Source of the DNA: an uncultured Chloroflexia bacterium
Lineage (GTDB): Bacteria > Chloroflexota > Limnocylindria > Limnocylindrales > CSP1-4
Assembly (NCBI GenBank): GCA_963734535.1
Contig: CAVTHS010000008.1
Span: 224,001 to 288,000, forward strand
Direction of reading: 5' to 3'
Length of the DNA stretch: 64,000 nt
The notes beneath the pieces are model-generated. The model saw only the letters and a program-made list of their open reading frames with translations. It did not search any database and had not been told where the DNA came from. This document shows positions 9,327 to 18,413 of the stretch, in pieces (position 1 is the stretch's first letter; the number at the start of each line of letters is the position of its first letter). A program made the translations under genes and the position numbers.

Positions 9327-10369
9327 CCGCGCTCCCGCTGCGCCGCGCCCACGTGCCGTTCCGCCTCCTGGCGCCCGTCGTGGTGGTCGGTTGGCTGGCG
9401 GCGTGGTTCGTCAACCTGCCCCTGGCCAACTGGGCGGCCTACGACCTCCTCGGCCTCGAGCGCGGATCGCACGTCGGCGACGCGGTCGCGTTCTTCCTGC
9501 TCGACGTCCCCAAGGTCCTGCTCCTGCTGCTCGGGATCATGACCGTGGTCTCGTTCCTGCGGAGCTACTTCCCGCCCGAGCGGATGCGCGCCGCGCTGGC
9601 CGGCCGCGGCACGCTCCCGGCGACCGTCGGGGCGGCGGCGTTCGGGGTGGTCACGCCCTTCTGCTCGTGCTCGGCCGTGCCGCTCTTCATCGGTTTCGTG
9701 GAGGCCGGGATCCCGCTCGGGGTCACCTTCGCGTTCCTGATCAGCAGCCCGATGGTCAACGAGGTCGCCCTGGTGCTGCTGTGGGGCCTCTTCGGTCCCG
9801 GGATCGCGCTCCTCTACATGGCCGCAGGGCTGACAGTCGCCGTGGTCGGCGGGCTGGTCCTCGGGCGCCTGCCGCTCGAGAAGTGGATCGAGCCGTGGGT
9901 CCTCGCGGTCCGCGCCGGCGGCGGCGCGACCTCGCTCGACCTCCGGCTCTCGGTGGAGCAGCGGATGCGCGACGCCTGGACATCCACGAAGGACCTCGTC
10001 CGCAAGGTCCTGCTCTACGTGATCATCGGGATCGGGATCGGTGCCTTCATCCACGGCTTCGTCCCGACGGAGCTCGTGGCCCAGATCGGTGGGCGCGACA
10101 ACCCGTTCGCCGTCCCGATCGTGGTCGCCATCGCGATCCCGCTCTACTCGAACGCCGCCGGCACGATCCCGATCGTCGAGGCGCTGCTCGGCAAGGGCAT
10201 GCCGCTCGGGACCACGCTCGCGTTCATGATGGCGATCGTGGCCATCAGCCTGCCCGAGTTCGTGATCCTGCGCCGGGTCATGAAGCTTCGCCTGATCGCC
10301 GTCTTCGCAATCGTCGTCGTCACCGGCATTCTCGCCGTCGGCTTCCTGTTCAACGCGCTCGGTCTGTGA
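9323..10369 (+). CDS. arsP: ArsP-type (DUF318) permease
   Basis: TPFCSCSAVPLFIGF, FLISSPMVNE, PLYSNAAG, SLPEFVILRRV. Confidence 0.88.
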   Translation: MTALPLRRAHVPFRLLAPVVVVGWLAAWFVNLPLANWAAYDLLGLERGSHVGDAVAFFLLDVPKVLLLLLGIMTVVSFLRSYFPPERMRAALAGRGTLPATVGAAAFGVVTPFCSCSAVPLFIGFVEAGIPLGVTFAFLISSPMVNEVALVLLWGLFGPGIALLYMAAGLTVAVVGGLVLGRLPLEKWIEPWVLAVRAGGGATSLDLRLSVEQRMRDAWTSTKDLVRKVLLYVIIGIGIGAFIHGFVPTELVAQIGGRDNPFAVPIVVAIAIPLYSNAAGTIPIVEALLGKGMPLGTTLAFMMAIVAISLPEFVILRRVMKLRLIAVFAIVVVTGILAVGFLFNALGL

Positions 10370-10383
10370 AGGAGGCACGTCGG

Positions 10384-10626
10384 ATGAAGGTCGTCGAGGT
10401 CCTCGGGCCCTGGCTGCAACAACTGCCAGCCTCCTCGAGCAGGCCGCCCTCGAAGCGGTCATCAGCTCCGGCGTGGACGCCAAGGTCGTCAAGGTCACCG
10501 ACTACGCCCGGATCGCTGCCTACCGCGTCATGCACACGCCCGGGCTCGTCATCGACGGCAAGGTGGTCAGCGCCGGCCGGATCCCGTCCGCGAGCCGAGA
10601 TCGCGGGCTGGCTCACGTTCGCATGA
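10384..10626 (+). CDS. Small redox-active disulfide protein (MTH895-like thioredoxin), copy 1, frameshifted
   Basis: Reconstructed MKVVEVLGPGCNNC...VVKVTDYARIAAYRVMHTPGLVIDGKVVSAGRIPS; paralog of the next gene. Confidence 0.8.
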   Translation: MKVVEVLGPWLQQLPASSSRPPSKRSSAPAWTPRSSRSPTTPGSLPTASCTRPGSSSTARWSAPAGSRPRAEIAGWLTFA

Positions 10627-10756
10627 ACCGGCGCGCGGTCCCGAATGAATCATCCCGTTCGGAACCGCGCGCCTCCGCCACCTGGTCATTTATCGCTGCG
10701 CGATCGCGCAGCGCGGAGCGCGGCGATTGCCGCCCACGAACGGAGGTTCCATCAGC

Positions 10757-10993
10757 ATGAAGAAGATCGAAGTCCTGGGTCCCGGCTGCGCAAATTGCGT
10801 CCGGCTCGAGAAGGTCGCCCGCGAGGCGGTCGAAATGGCCGGCGTCGAAGCCGAAGTCGTCAAGGTCACCGACTACGGCCAGATCATGAGCTACGGGATC
10901 ATGAGCACCCCTGGGCTCGTCATCGACGGCAAGGTCGTCAGCTACGGTCGCATCCCGTCGGCGGGCGACATCGCCGCCTGGCTCACCGAGTGA
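10757..10993 (+). CDS. Small redox-active disulfide protein (MTH895-like thioredoxin), copy 2
   Basis: MKKIEVLGPGCANC...GIMSTPGLVIDGKVVSYGRIPS; GGAGG RBS. Confidence 0.9.
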   Translation: MKKIEVLGPGCANCVRLEKVAREAVEMAGVEAEVVKVTDYGQIMSYGIMSTPGLVIDGKVVSYGRIPSAGDIAAWLTE

Positions 10994-11012
10994 CCGGCGT
11001 CGTTCCCGTCCC

Positions 11013-12062
11013 GTGACCGGGCTGCGCTCCCTCCAGGAGCACCTCAACCGATGGATGCTGGCCTACGTGAGCATCGCCATCCTCGTGGGCCTCCTGGCCG
11101 GCAACGGGCTCGCCGGGTTCGCGAAGAGCCAGGCGGGCATCCTGGGCGGCCTCACGACGGCCGCGGTCTTCCTGATCATCTACCCGATGATGGTCAACGT
11201 CCGCTTCGAGGCGCTGCTGCGGGCGGGCCGGAACCTGCGTGGCATCGGGGTCGCTCTGCTCTTCAACTTCGTCTGGGCGCCGCTCGTCGGCTGGGTCCTC
11301 GCAACGGTCTTCCTCTCCGACCCGCTCCTGGCGCTCGGCTTCCTGCTCGTGATGGTCGTGCCGTGCTCGAGCATGGCGATCGGGTACACCGGGCTCGCGA
11401 AGGGTGACCTTGAGCTCGCGACGGTCGTTGTCGCGCTCAGCTTCGTGCTCGCGATCGTCGCGGTCCCGCTCTGGATGTCGCTCTTCGCGAGCCGCTACGC
11501 GGTCCCGGTGCCGATCGGCGACCTGATCAGCTCCATCCTCACGGTCCTGCTCGCGCCGATGGTGCTCGGATATGCCACCCGGCGGGGGCTCCTCCGCTGG
11601 CTGGGACCGGTTCGGTTCGGGGCGATCGCACCGCTCTTCCCGGCGCTCTCCCTGCTGGGCATGTACGCGATCGTCTTCCTCATCTTCTTCGGCAAGGCCA
11701 CCCTCATCGTCGAGCGCTGGCAGACGGTGGCGATCCTGCTCGTCCCCAACACGATCTTCATCGGCCTGAGCCTGGTCGTGCTGACCTGGCTCGATCGGCG
11801 CCTGGGCATGGGCTTCGAGGAGCACATGGCCGTGGCGTTCACGAGCACCGGCAAGAACAACGGCACGGCGATCGCGATCGCCACCACCGCCTTCTCACCG
11901 CTCGTGGCCATCCCCGCTGCAACCATGCCGATCTTCCAGATCCTCCTCATGGTCCTCTACCTCCGCTCTGCTCCGCGGCTGCGGGCCCGGTTCGGGCGGC
12001 GCGCGGAGCCTGATCCGCTGATCCCCGTGGCTCAGGCCGACGTGGCCGAGGCGGTCACGTGA
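11013..12062 (+). CDS. acr3: Acr3-family arsenite efflux protein
   Basis: IIYPMMV, NFVWAP, VPCSSMA (conserved Cys), GLAKGD, GKNNG; multi-TM; ars context. Confidence 0.85.
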   Translation: MTGLRSLQEHLNRWMLAYVSIAILVGLLAGNGLAGFAKSQAGILGGLTTAAVFLIIYPMMVNVRFEALLRAGRNLRGIGVALLFNFVWAPLVGWVLATVFLSDPLLALGFLLVMVVPCSSMAIGYTGLAKGDLELATVVVALSFVLAIVAVPLWMSLFASRYAVPVPIGDLISSILTVLLAPMVLGYATRRGLLRWLGPVRFGAIAPLFPALSLLGMYAIVFLIFFGKATLIVERWQTVAILLVPNTIFIGLSLVVLTWLDRRLGMGFEEHMAVAFTSTGKNNGTAIAIATTAFSPLVAIPAATMPIFQILLMVLYLRSAPRLRARFGRRAEPDPLIPVAQADVAEAVT

Positions 12063-13036
12063 ACGCGACCGGTGTCGAAACAGGCGCGCCTGCGACGCGC
12101 CACGCGGAGATCGTCGAGCGCGCGGCCCCCTCGCGACGTCTCGCCGGTGCCCTCGTCCTCTCGTTGGCGGTCCTCGCGCTCGAGGTTGGCGGCGGCCTGG
12201 TCACCGGCAGCCTCGCGCTGCTGAGCGACGCCACGCACGTGGCGGTGGACGTGGTCGCCCTCCTTGTCGGGTTGGGGGCCGCCCGGCTGGCCACCCGATC
12301 CCCCGATGCCTCTCATACGTACGGGTTCCACCGGATGGAGACGCTCGGCGCCCTCGTGAACGCGGTCCTGCTCGTCGCGGCCAGCGCCGTGGTCCTCGTC
12401 GAGAGCGTCAGCCGGCTCGTCGCGCCATCGCCGGTCGAGGCCCTCGCGGTCCTCCCGATCGCCCTGATCGCGCTCGTCACGAACAGCGCGTCCGCGCTCC
12501 TCGTGCACGGCGCCGAGCGCCAGACGGTCGCCTCACGGGTCCTCGTGCTGCACCTGGCCGGTGATGCGGTCGGCGCGGTCGCGGTCATCGTGTCCTCGCT
12601 CGTCATCCTCGCCGGGGGCCCGCCGGCCGCGGACGCGATCGCCAGTCTCGTCATCGGCGTGCTGCTGGGCCTCGCCGGGCTGCGACTGCTCGGGCAGATC
12701 GCCCACCTCCTCGCGGAGGGCGTCCCCGGCGGCGTCTCGCTCGGCGCTGCGGCGGAGGCGCTCAGCGGCACGGCTGGGGTGTGCGGCGTGCACGACCTCC
12801 ATGTCTGGGCCCTCGCTGACGATCTTCCGATCGTCACGGCGCACGTCGAGGTCCTGCCCGACTCGAACGCCGCCGTCGTCCTGCGGGCGGCGACGGCGGC
12901 ACTCAACGCCGAAGGTTTCGCGCACGTCACGCTCCAGCCGGAGGACGCACCGTGCGGGCAGGGCCTCCCCGCCGCGCCGGCCGACCGGGCCGCAATCACC
13001 GCCACAACCGCCCCACAGAAGGAGTCCCTCCCATGA
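12059..13036 (+). CDS. Cation diffusion facilitator (CzcD/ZitB-like)
   Basis: GSLALLSDATHVAVD, HTYGFHRMETLGALVN, LHLAGD, VHDLHVW, HVTLQPE. Confidence 0.92.
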   Translation: MNATGVETGAPATRHAEIVERAAPSRRLAGALVLSLAVLALEVGGGLVTGSLALLSDATHVAVDVVALLVGLGAARLATRSPDASHTYGFHRMETLGALVNAVLLVAASAVVLVESVSRLVAPSPVEALAVLPIALIALVTNSASALLVHGAERQTVASRVLVLHLAGDAVGAVAVIVSSLVILAGGPPAADAIASLVIGVLLGLAGLRLLGQIAHLLAEGVPGGVSLGAAAEALSGTAGVCGVHDLHVWALADDLPIVTAHVEVLPDSNAAVVLRAATAALNAEGFAHVTLQPEDAPCGQGLPAAPADRAAITATTAPQKESLP

Positions 13037-13636
13037 ACGAGACCGCGATCCTGGCCGAGGCCCTCGCCTTCCACGGCCACAAGTGCTGGGCCAGCACCGC
13101 TGGGGTGCGGCTGGGCCTCGCGGCGATGGAGGCGCTCGGCGCCCCCCGGGCCGGAGCGAAACAGCTCCACGCAATCATCGAGACCGGTGACTACCACGGC
13201 GGCATGTGCTTCGGCGACGGCATCCAGTTCACGACCGGCTGCACGTTCGGCAAGGGCAACATCGAGAAGATCCGGCGAGGGCAAGTTCGCCGTCACCCTC
13301 ATCGACAAGGCCTCGAACCGCGCCGTGCGGGTTGCGTATCGGCCGACGCTCCAGCCGCGCATCAAGGCAACGCCGTTCATGACCGAAACGAGCCGGTGGC
13401 GTGTCGCCGACGGAGATCCCCGAGGCCGAGCAGATGGAGGTGGTCAACCTCGTCTGGAACGCGGAAGCGGACGAGATCATGACCATCGGCCCCATCGGCC
13501 GAGCGACTGGAGCGAGCCCGAGGAGGTCGTCCGCTTCCTCGTCTGCCCGTCGTGCGGCGAGCTCGTGGCGGAGCCCTACGCCCGGGTGGCCGAGGGCAGG
13601 ATCGTCTGCGCTGCGTGCTCCGGTTACCCGCGCTGA
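13033..13636 (+). CDS. FmdE-family protein with C-terminal Zn ribbon, multiply frameshifted
   Basis: AFHGHKC...GVRLG, CFGDGIQFTTGCTFGKGN, GKFAVTL, CPSCGE...CAAC. Confidence 0.85.
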
Positions 13637-13659
13637 GCCGAACCTGACAGTACCCGGTC

Positions 13660-14409
13660 ATGCTGCTTTATCTCGTCGGCGGGGCCACGGTGTTCATCGG
13701 CTCCGGCGTCATGGCGATGGCCGGGCTGGGTGCAGCGTTCCTGTTCGTCCCGCTCTTCTTCTACCTCGGGGTGCCGCTGGGCCAGGCAACGTCGGCCGCG
13801 CTTCTCCTGAACGCCGTGAGCCTGTCGGCCGCGACGATCGCATACGCCCGGGCGGGGCTGATCGACTGGCGGGCCGGTGTTCCCGTCCTGATCGCCGCGG
13901 TCATCCTTGCGCCCATCGGGGCCGCGCTCACCGCCCAGGTGGATCGAGACCTGCTCCTCGGCCTCTTCGTCGGCTTCCTCGTCTTCGCGGGCGCGATGAT
14001 GCTGTTCTACCGGCCTCGGGCCGGTGGTCGTGACCGGACGGTCGCTGCGGAGGCCGGAGTGGGAGCCGCGGTGGGCGGCGTGGCTGGCTTCCTTGGCGGC
14101 CTGCTCGGGGTCGGCGGCGGCAACGTCATCCTGCCCGGCCTGACCTGGCTCGGGCTCGACGCCAAGGTGGCCGCGGGGACCACCGCGCTGGCGGTCGTGT
14201 TCTCGTCGCTGTCGGGGTTCCTGGGCCACGCGGCGCTCGGTGGCCTGGACCCAGGGTTCCTGGTGACGATGGCGGCCCTCGCGGCGGCCGGCTCCCTCGC
14301 CGGATCGCACGTCATGCGGACCAGGCTCAGCGGCGCCCAGCTGAAGCGGGTCATCGGCGTCCTGTTGTTCGTGATCGCCGCGAAGATCGCGCTGGACCTC
14401 ATCTCATGA
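13660..14409 (+). CDS. TauE/SafE (TSUP) exporter, copy 2
   Basis: MAGLGAAFLFVP and GFLGGLLGVGGGNVILP repeats; KVAAGTT. Confidence 0.9.
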   Translation: MLLYLVGGATVFIGSGVMAMAGLGAAFLFVPLFFYLGVPLGQATSAALLLNAVSLSAATIAYARAGLIDWRAGVPVLIAAVILAPIGAALTAQVDRDLLLGLFVGFLVFAGAMMLFYRPRAGGRDRTVAAEAGVGAAVGGVAGFLGGLLGVGGGNVILPGLTWLGLDAKVAAGTTALAVVFSSLSGFLGHAALGGLDPGFLVTMAALAAAGSLAGSHVMRTRLSGAQLKRVIGVLLFVIAAKIALDLIS

Positions 14410-14426
14410 AGGAAGGACCCATCCCG

Positions 14427-15599
14427 ATGAGCACCGTCACGCCCGGGAATCCGTCAACGGCCGCGCAGCCGACGCTGCTGCGCGGGTTCCACCCGGGCTG
14501 GTACGGGGCCGTGATGGGCACCGCGATCGTCGGGATCGTGGGCTACCAGAACCCGGGTCAGCTGGCCGACCTGGCACAGGCTGCGAAGGCGTTCGGCGTT
14601 CTCATGGTCGGGCTGTCTGCCCTGCTCGCGGTTGGGCTCGGCATCCCGTACGTGGCGCGCTGGATCCGCCACCCGGACGCGGCGCGCGCCGACCTGGCAA
14701 ACCCTCTCGCGGGTGCCATGTACGCCACGGTCCCCGGCGGGATCCTCGTTCTCGCGGTCGGCATCGCCACCGTCGGTCCGTCCGTGCTGCGTGACGACGT
14801 CACGGTCACGTTGGTCGCCGTTCTCGCGGCCGTCGGGATCGTCCTGGCCCTCGCGGTCGCCGTCGCCTTCGCCTCGCTGCTCTTCCTGAGGCACGGCGTG
14901 GATCCGCAGGCGGCGAACGGCGCCTGGTTCATCCCGCCCGTGGTCACGATCATCGCCCCGATGGTCATTGCACCGTTGATCCCGCACGTCGCCGTGGCGG
15001 ACCTCCCACTGCTCGTCTTCACCGCCTACGCCCTGTGGGGCATGGGCTTCCTGCTCTTTCTCCTCGTCGCCTCGCTCCTGTATGACCGGCTGGTGTTCCA
15101 CCCGCTGCCAGCGGCCCCACTCGCGCCGTCGTTCTGGATCGGTCTCGGCCCGCTCGGCGTCGGCGGCCTGGCCCTGGTGCGCATCGCCCAGGCCGGCACG
15201 CCGCTGTGGGGTGACGCCGCGCCTGCCGTGATCGCCGCCTCGTCGATCGCGGCGACGGTCCTGTGGGGGTTCGGCCTCTGGTGGCTCGCGGCCGCGATCG
15301 TCCTCCTGGTCGCGTACCTGCGGCGCAGCCGGCTGCCCTACGGCCTGGGCTGGTGGGCGTTCACGTTCCCGCTCGGCGCGTTCACGGCGAGCACGCTCGC
15401 CCTGGGCCGGGGCTGGCATGCGGGCGCGATCGAAGCCCTCGCCGCGGTCCTCTTCCTGGCCCTCGTGGCCGCCTGGGCGATCGTGTCCCTCGGCACGCTG
15501 CGGGCCGTTCGCTCCGGCGTCGGCCTGGCGGCGCTGAAGGTCCCGAAACGGACCACTCGGCCCGCCGGAAGGGTCCAGGTGGCACAAACGCACGTTTGA
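14427..15599 (+). CDS. TDT/SLAC1-family anion transporter (tellurite/C4-dicarboxylate/sulfite efflux)
   Basis: FHPGWYGAVMGT, WFIPPV, SFWIGLGP, WWAFTFPLG. Confidence 0.9.
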   Translation: MSTVTPGNPSTAAQPTLLRGFHPGWYGAVMGTAIVGIVGYQNPGQLADLAQAAKAFGVLMVGLSALLAVGLGIPYVARWIRHPDAARADLANPLAGAMYATVPGGILVLAVGIATVGPSVLRDDVTVTLVAVLAAVGIVLALAVAVAFASLLFLRHGVDPQAANGAWFIPPVVTIIAPMVIAPLIPHVAVADLPLLVFTAYALWGMGFLLFLLVASLLYDRLVFHPLPAAPLAPSFWIGLGPLGVGGLALVRIAQAGTPLWGDAAPAVIAASSIAATVLWGFGLWWLAAAIVLLVAYLRRSRLPYGLGWWAFTFPLGAFTASTLALGRGWHAGAIEALAAVLFLALVAAWAIVSLGTLRAVRSGVGLAALKVPKRTTRPAGRVQVAQTHV

Positions 15600-15616
15600 C
15601 TAACGTCGGTTAGCAT
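15596..15616 (+). promoter_or_regulatory. Internal promoter/operator before second arsR
   Basis: TTGACT, IR CTAAC-GTCG-GTTAG (15600-15613), and TAGCAT 7 nt before the in-frame ATG at 15624. Confidence 0.5.
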
Positions 15617-15623
15617 GTGGACC

Positions 15624-16037
15624 ATGGACGCCCACGTGTCGCACCCGATCGGCCCCCCGCTGGCACCCGACGTACTCATTCCTCTCCAGGCCCTGGCGGA
15701 ACCGACACGTGCCAGGATCGTCTCCCTGCTCGGCCACGGCGAGCACTGCGTCTGCGACGTCGGGGAGATGCTCGGCCTGAGCCCCGCCCTCGTCTCGCAC
15801 CACCTGCGGACCCTGCGCGCCAGCGGTCTCCTGCGCGAGCGCAGGAGCGGGCGCTGGGTCTACTACTCGCTCGACCTCGACCGTCTCGCGGCGCTCCGCG
15901 CCGCACTCGCCGACCTGCTCACGCCCGGCGAGGCGGCGGCGACCGCGTGTCTGTGCTCGGACTGTGGGACGAGCCGACCGGCCATGCCGCAGCCCGGGCT
16001 TCGCAGACTGCCGGTCCTCGCGGAGCTCGCGCCGTGA
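15624..16037 (+). CDS. arsR: ArsR/SmtB-family repressor with C-terminal Cys cluster
   Basis: ALAEPTRARI...HCVCDV...SHHLRTLRASGL...GRWVYYSL...CLCSDC. Confidence 0.9.
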   Translation: MDAHVSHPIGPPLAPDVLIPLQALAEPTRARIVSLLGHGEHCVCDVGEMLGLSPALVSHHLRTLRASGLLRERRSGRWVYYSLDLDRLAALRAALADLLTPGEAAATACLCSDCGTSRPAMPQPGLRRLPVLAELAP

Positions 16038-16354
16038 CCTGCTCGGTGCTCATCGTCGGGATGCCATCGCCGGCGGGCTGCGCCTCGACGAAGACCTGGA
16101 AGGCGGCCGCCGCGTTCGTGGAAGCGCGCCTGGTCGCGCGGTTCGGGCCTGCGGTTGCGTTCGAATACGCCGAGCTGTTCAGCCCGGACATGGCCAACCA
16201 CCCGGACGTCGAGGAGGCGATCGCGGCCGGGGAGGCCGTCCCGCCGATCGTCGTCATCGACGGCGTCCGCCGCTTCGCCGGCGGGAAGCTCAACGTGTCT
16301 GCCATCGAGCGCGCCGTCGCCGTACGGCTCGTCCCGGATGTCGTCAATGCCTGA
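16034..16354 (+). CDS. Small thioredoxin-like (YuzD-like) hypothetical protein
   Basis: GTG overlaps arsR stop; AGCAS, RFGPAVAFEY, PPIVVIDG (cis-Pro motif), GGKLN. Confidence 0.6.
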   Translation: MTCSVLIVGMPSPAGCASTKTWKAAAAFVEARLVARFGPAVAFEYAELFSPDMANHPDVEEAIAAGEAVPPIVVIDGVRRFAGGKLNVSAIERAVAVRLVPDVVNA

Positions 16355-16464
16355 CGTAGCCGCCGACCCGGTCGAACTCGCTTCGGACACGGTCCTTGAT
16401 CGGGTCGTGTCCACCGCCCCATCGGCCCCAACCACCACGGCTCACCCCCAAGAGGTTGCGTCCC

Positions 16465-16917
16465 ATGATTGATCCGATAGCCGGCCCCGCGGCCCTCGAC
16501 GTCGAGATCTTCGACCCACCGTTGTGCTGCCCGACCGGCCTGTGTGGCCCGGTCCTCGACACGACCCTGGTCGACCTCGGTGAGGCCATCAACGCCCTTC
16601 AGTCCGACGGGCGCACGGTGGTCCGCCACATGATGACCGCCGATCCGCAGGCGTTCATGCGCAACCGCGAGGTCTACCAGCTCATCCGGGAGCGCCAGCT
16701 CGCCGCGCTGCCGATCACGGTCGTCCGCGGACGGATCGTGAAGACGGATGCCTACGCGAGCCTCGACGAGATGCGCGTCGCCCTCGAGCTCCAGCCGGCC
16801 CGGCACCGGCACCGTGACCATGCTCCCTTCGCCCGGCCTCTGGTTCCGACGGACGCCAGGGAGAGGACGCTCGTGGTCGCTCACACCAAGCTCTCGATAG
16901 GAGCCCGAGCGGAGTGA
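16465..16917 (+). CDS. arsD: Arsenic metallochaperone ArsD
   Basis: EIFDPPLCCPTGLCGP, PQAFMRN, LPITVV; C-terminus possibly extended by an indel. Confidence 0.9.
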   Translation: MIDPIAGPAALDVEIFDPPLCCPTGLCGPVLDTTLVDLGEAINALQSDGRTVVRHMMTADPQAFMRNREVYQLIRERQLAALPITVVRGRIVKTDAYASLDEMRVALELQPARHRHRDHAPFARPLVPTDARERTLVVAHTKLSIGARAE

Positions 16918-16924
16918 CGGCAGC

Positions 16925-18342
16925 ATGAGCGTGGCACCGGCCAGGAGCCACCGCCCGACCGGGCGGGAGGCGATGCGCGACGCGGTCGAGTACTGCGCCG
17001 ACTGCACGAGCTGCATGGACCTCATGGAAGGGGAGTGCCGGTTCTTCGCGGAGCTCTTCCCGCTCGAGTGGATCCGAGGCCAGGAGCCGATATCCGACGC
17101 GACGCGTTCGCAAGCTCGCGGACGCACTGCACCTACTGCGGGCTCTGCCCATGCCCCGAGATCCCAGCCCACCTCACGGAGGGGAAGAGCGAGTACGTCG
17201 CCGAGAACGGGCTGCCTCTGTCCGTGCGGCTGCTCACCGACGTCCCACGCCTGGCCCGCGTGTGCGGCACGCTCCCGCGCGTCTACGAGGCCCTGCAGTC
17301 CAGCAAGCCGGTGCAGCCGCTCCTGCGGAAGATCAGCGGCGTCCATCCCGATCGGACGTTCCCGCGCTTCGCGAAGGAGAGCTTCTTCACGTGGGCCGCG
17401 AGGACCGGGCGCACGAAGCGCGAGGACGGCGGCCGTCACGCGGCGTACTTCGCGGGCTGCACGGTCGGATACCTGTTCCCCGAGGTCGGGCGGGCGGTCG
17501 TCGCCGTCCTCGAACGGAACGGCGTGCCGGTCTACGTCCCGCCGCAGGAGTGCTGCGGGATGCCGTTCCTCGTCGAAGGCGACCAGCGCCGCGCCCTGGC
17601 CAGGACCGAGTCCAACGTCGAGCAGCTGCTCGAGGTGCGCCGGGCGGGCGACGACATCGTCAGCTCCTGCCCGACGTGCGGGTTCTTCCTCAAGGTGCTC
17701 CTGAAGGAGAACGCGTACTACTCGGACGCCTACCAGCGGTCCGTCGATGCACGAGACGACGAGATCCGGATCCCGACCCGCGAGGGCGGTCCCGGAAGCT
17801 TCAAGGTCATGGCCCGACCCACCTACGGGGACGTCCTCACGGACGACGGCTACTTCTCGTCCATTCCGCCGCTCGAGCGCATCGAGGTCGCCGAGAACGT
17901 GCTCGACACCGGGGACTACCTGGCCCATCTGCTCGCCCAGGGGCAGCTGGACACGCGGTTCGCACCGATCGCCGAGCGGATCGCGTACTTCCCACCGTGC
18001 CACCAGCGGACGCAGGAAAAGACTCGCCCCTATGCCGACCTGCTCAGGCTGATCCCGGAGCTGTCGGTCCAGGTCGTCGGCGAGGACGCCTGTTGCGGGA
18101 TGGGTGGCAGCGTCGGGTTCAAGGCGGACGTCCACGAGGCGTCGCTCGAGATCGGGCGCCCCCTGTTCGAGAGCCTCGAGAAGGCTCGCCCCCGACGCGA
18201 TCGTGACCGAGTGCCTGAGCTGCCGGCTGCAGTTCAACCACGCGCTCAAGTACCCCGTCTTCCATCCGATGGAGATCCTCGCGAGGGCCTACGGCGAGCG
18301 TCGAGTCGAGTCCGACGCCCGCGATGGGAAGCACGGTCGTGA
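16925..18342 (+). CDS. GlpC/HdrD-like Fe-S oxidoreductase (ferredoxin-type motifs plus two CCG domains), frameshifted; end approximate
   Basis: CADCTSC, CTYCGLCPC, YFAGC, ECCGMP, SSCPTC, PPCH, ACCGMGGSVG, TECLSCRLQ, HPMEIL. Confidence 0.85.
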
Positions 18343-18413
18343 GGACGCCCGAGATCGCGACAGAACGTGCCGACTGCGCGCACTCAACGGGCCGCCGGCG
18401 AAAGGACGCACCA

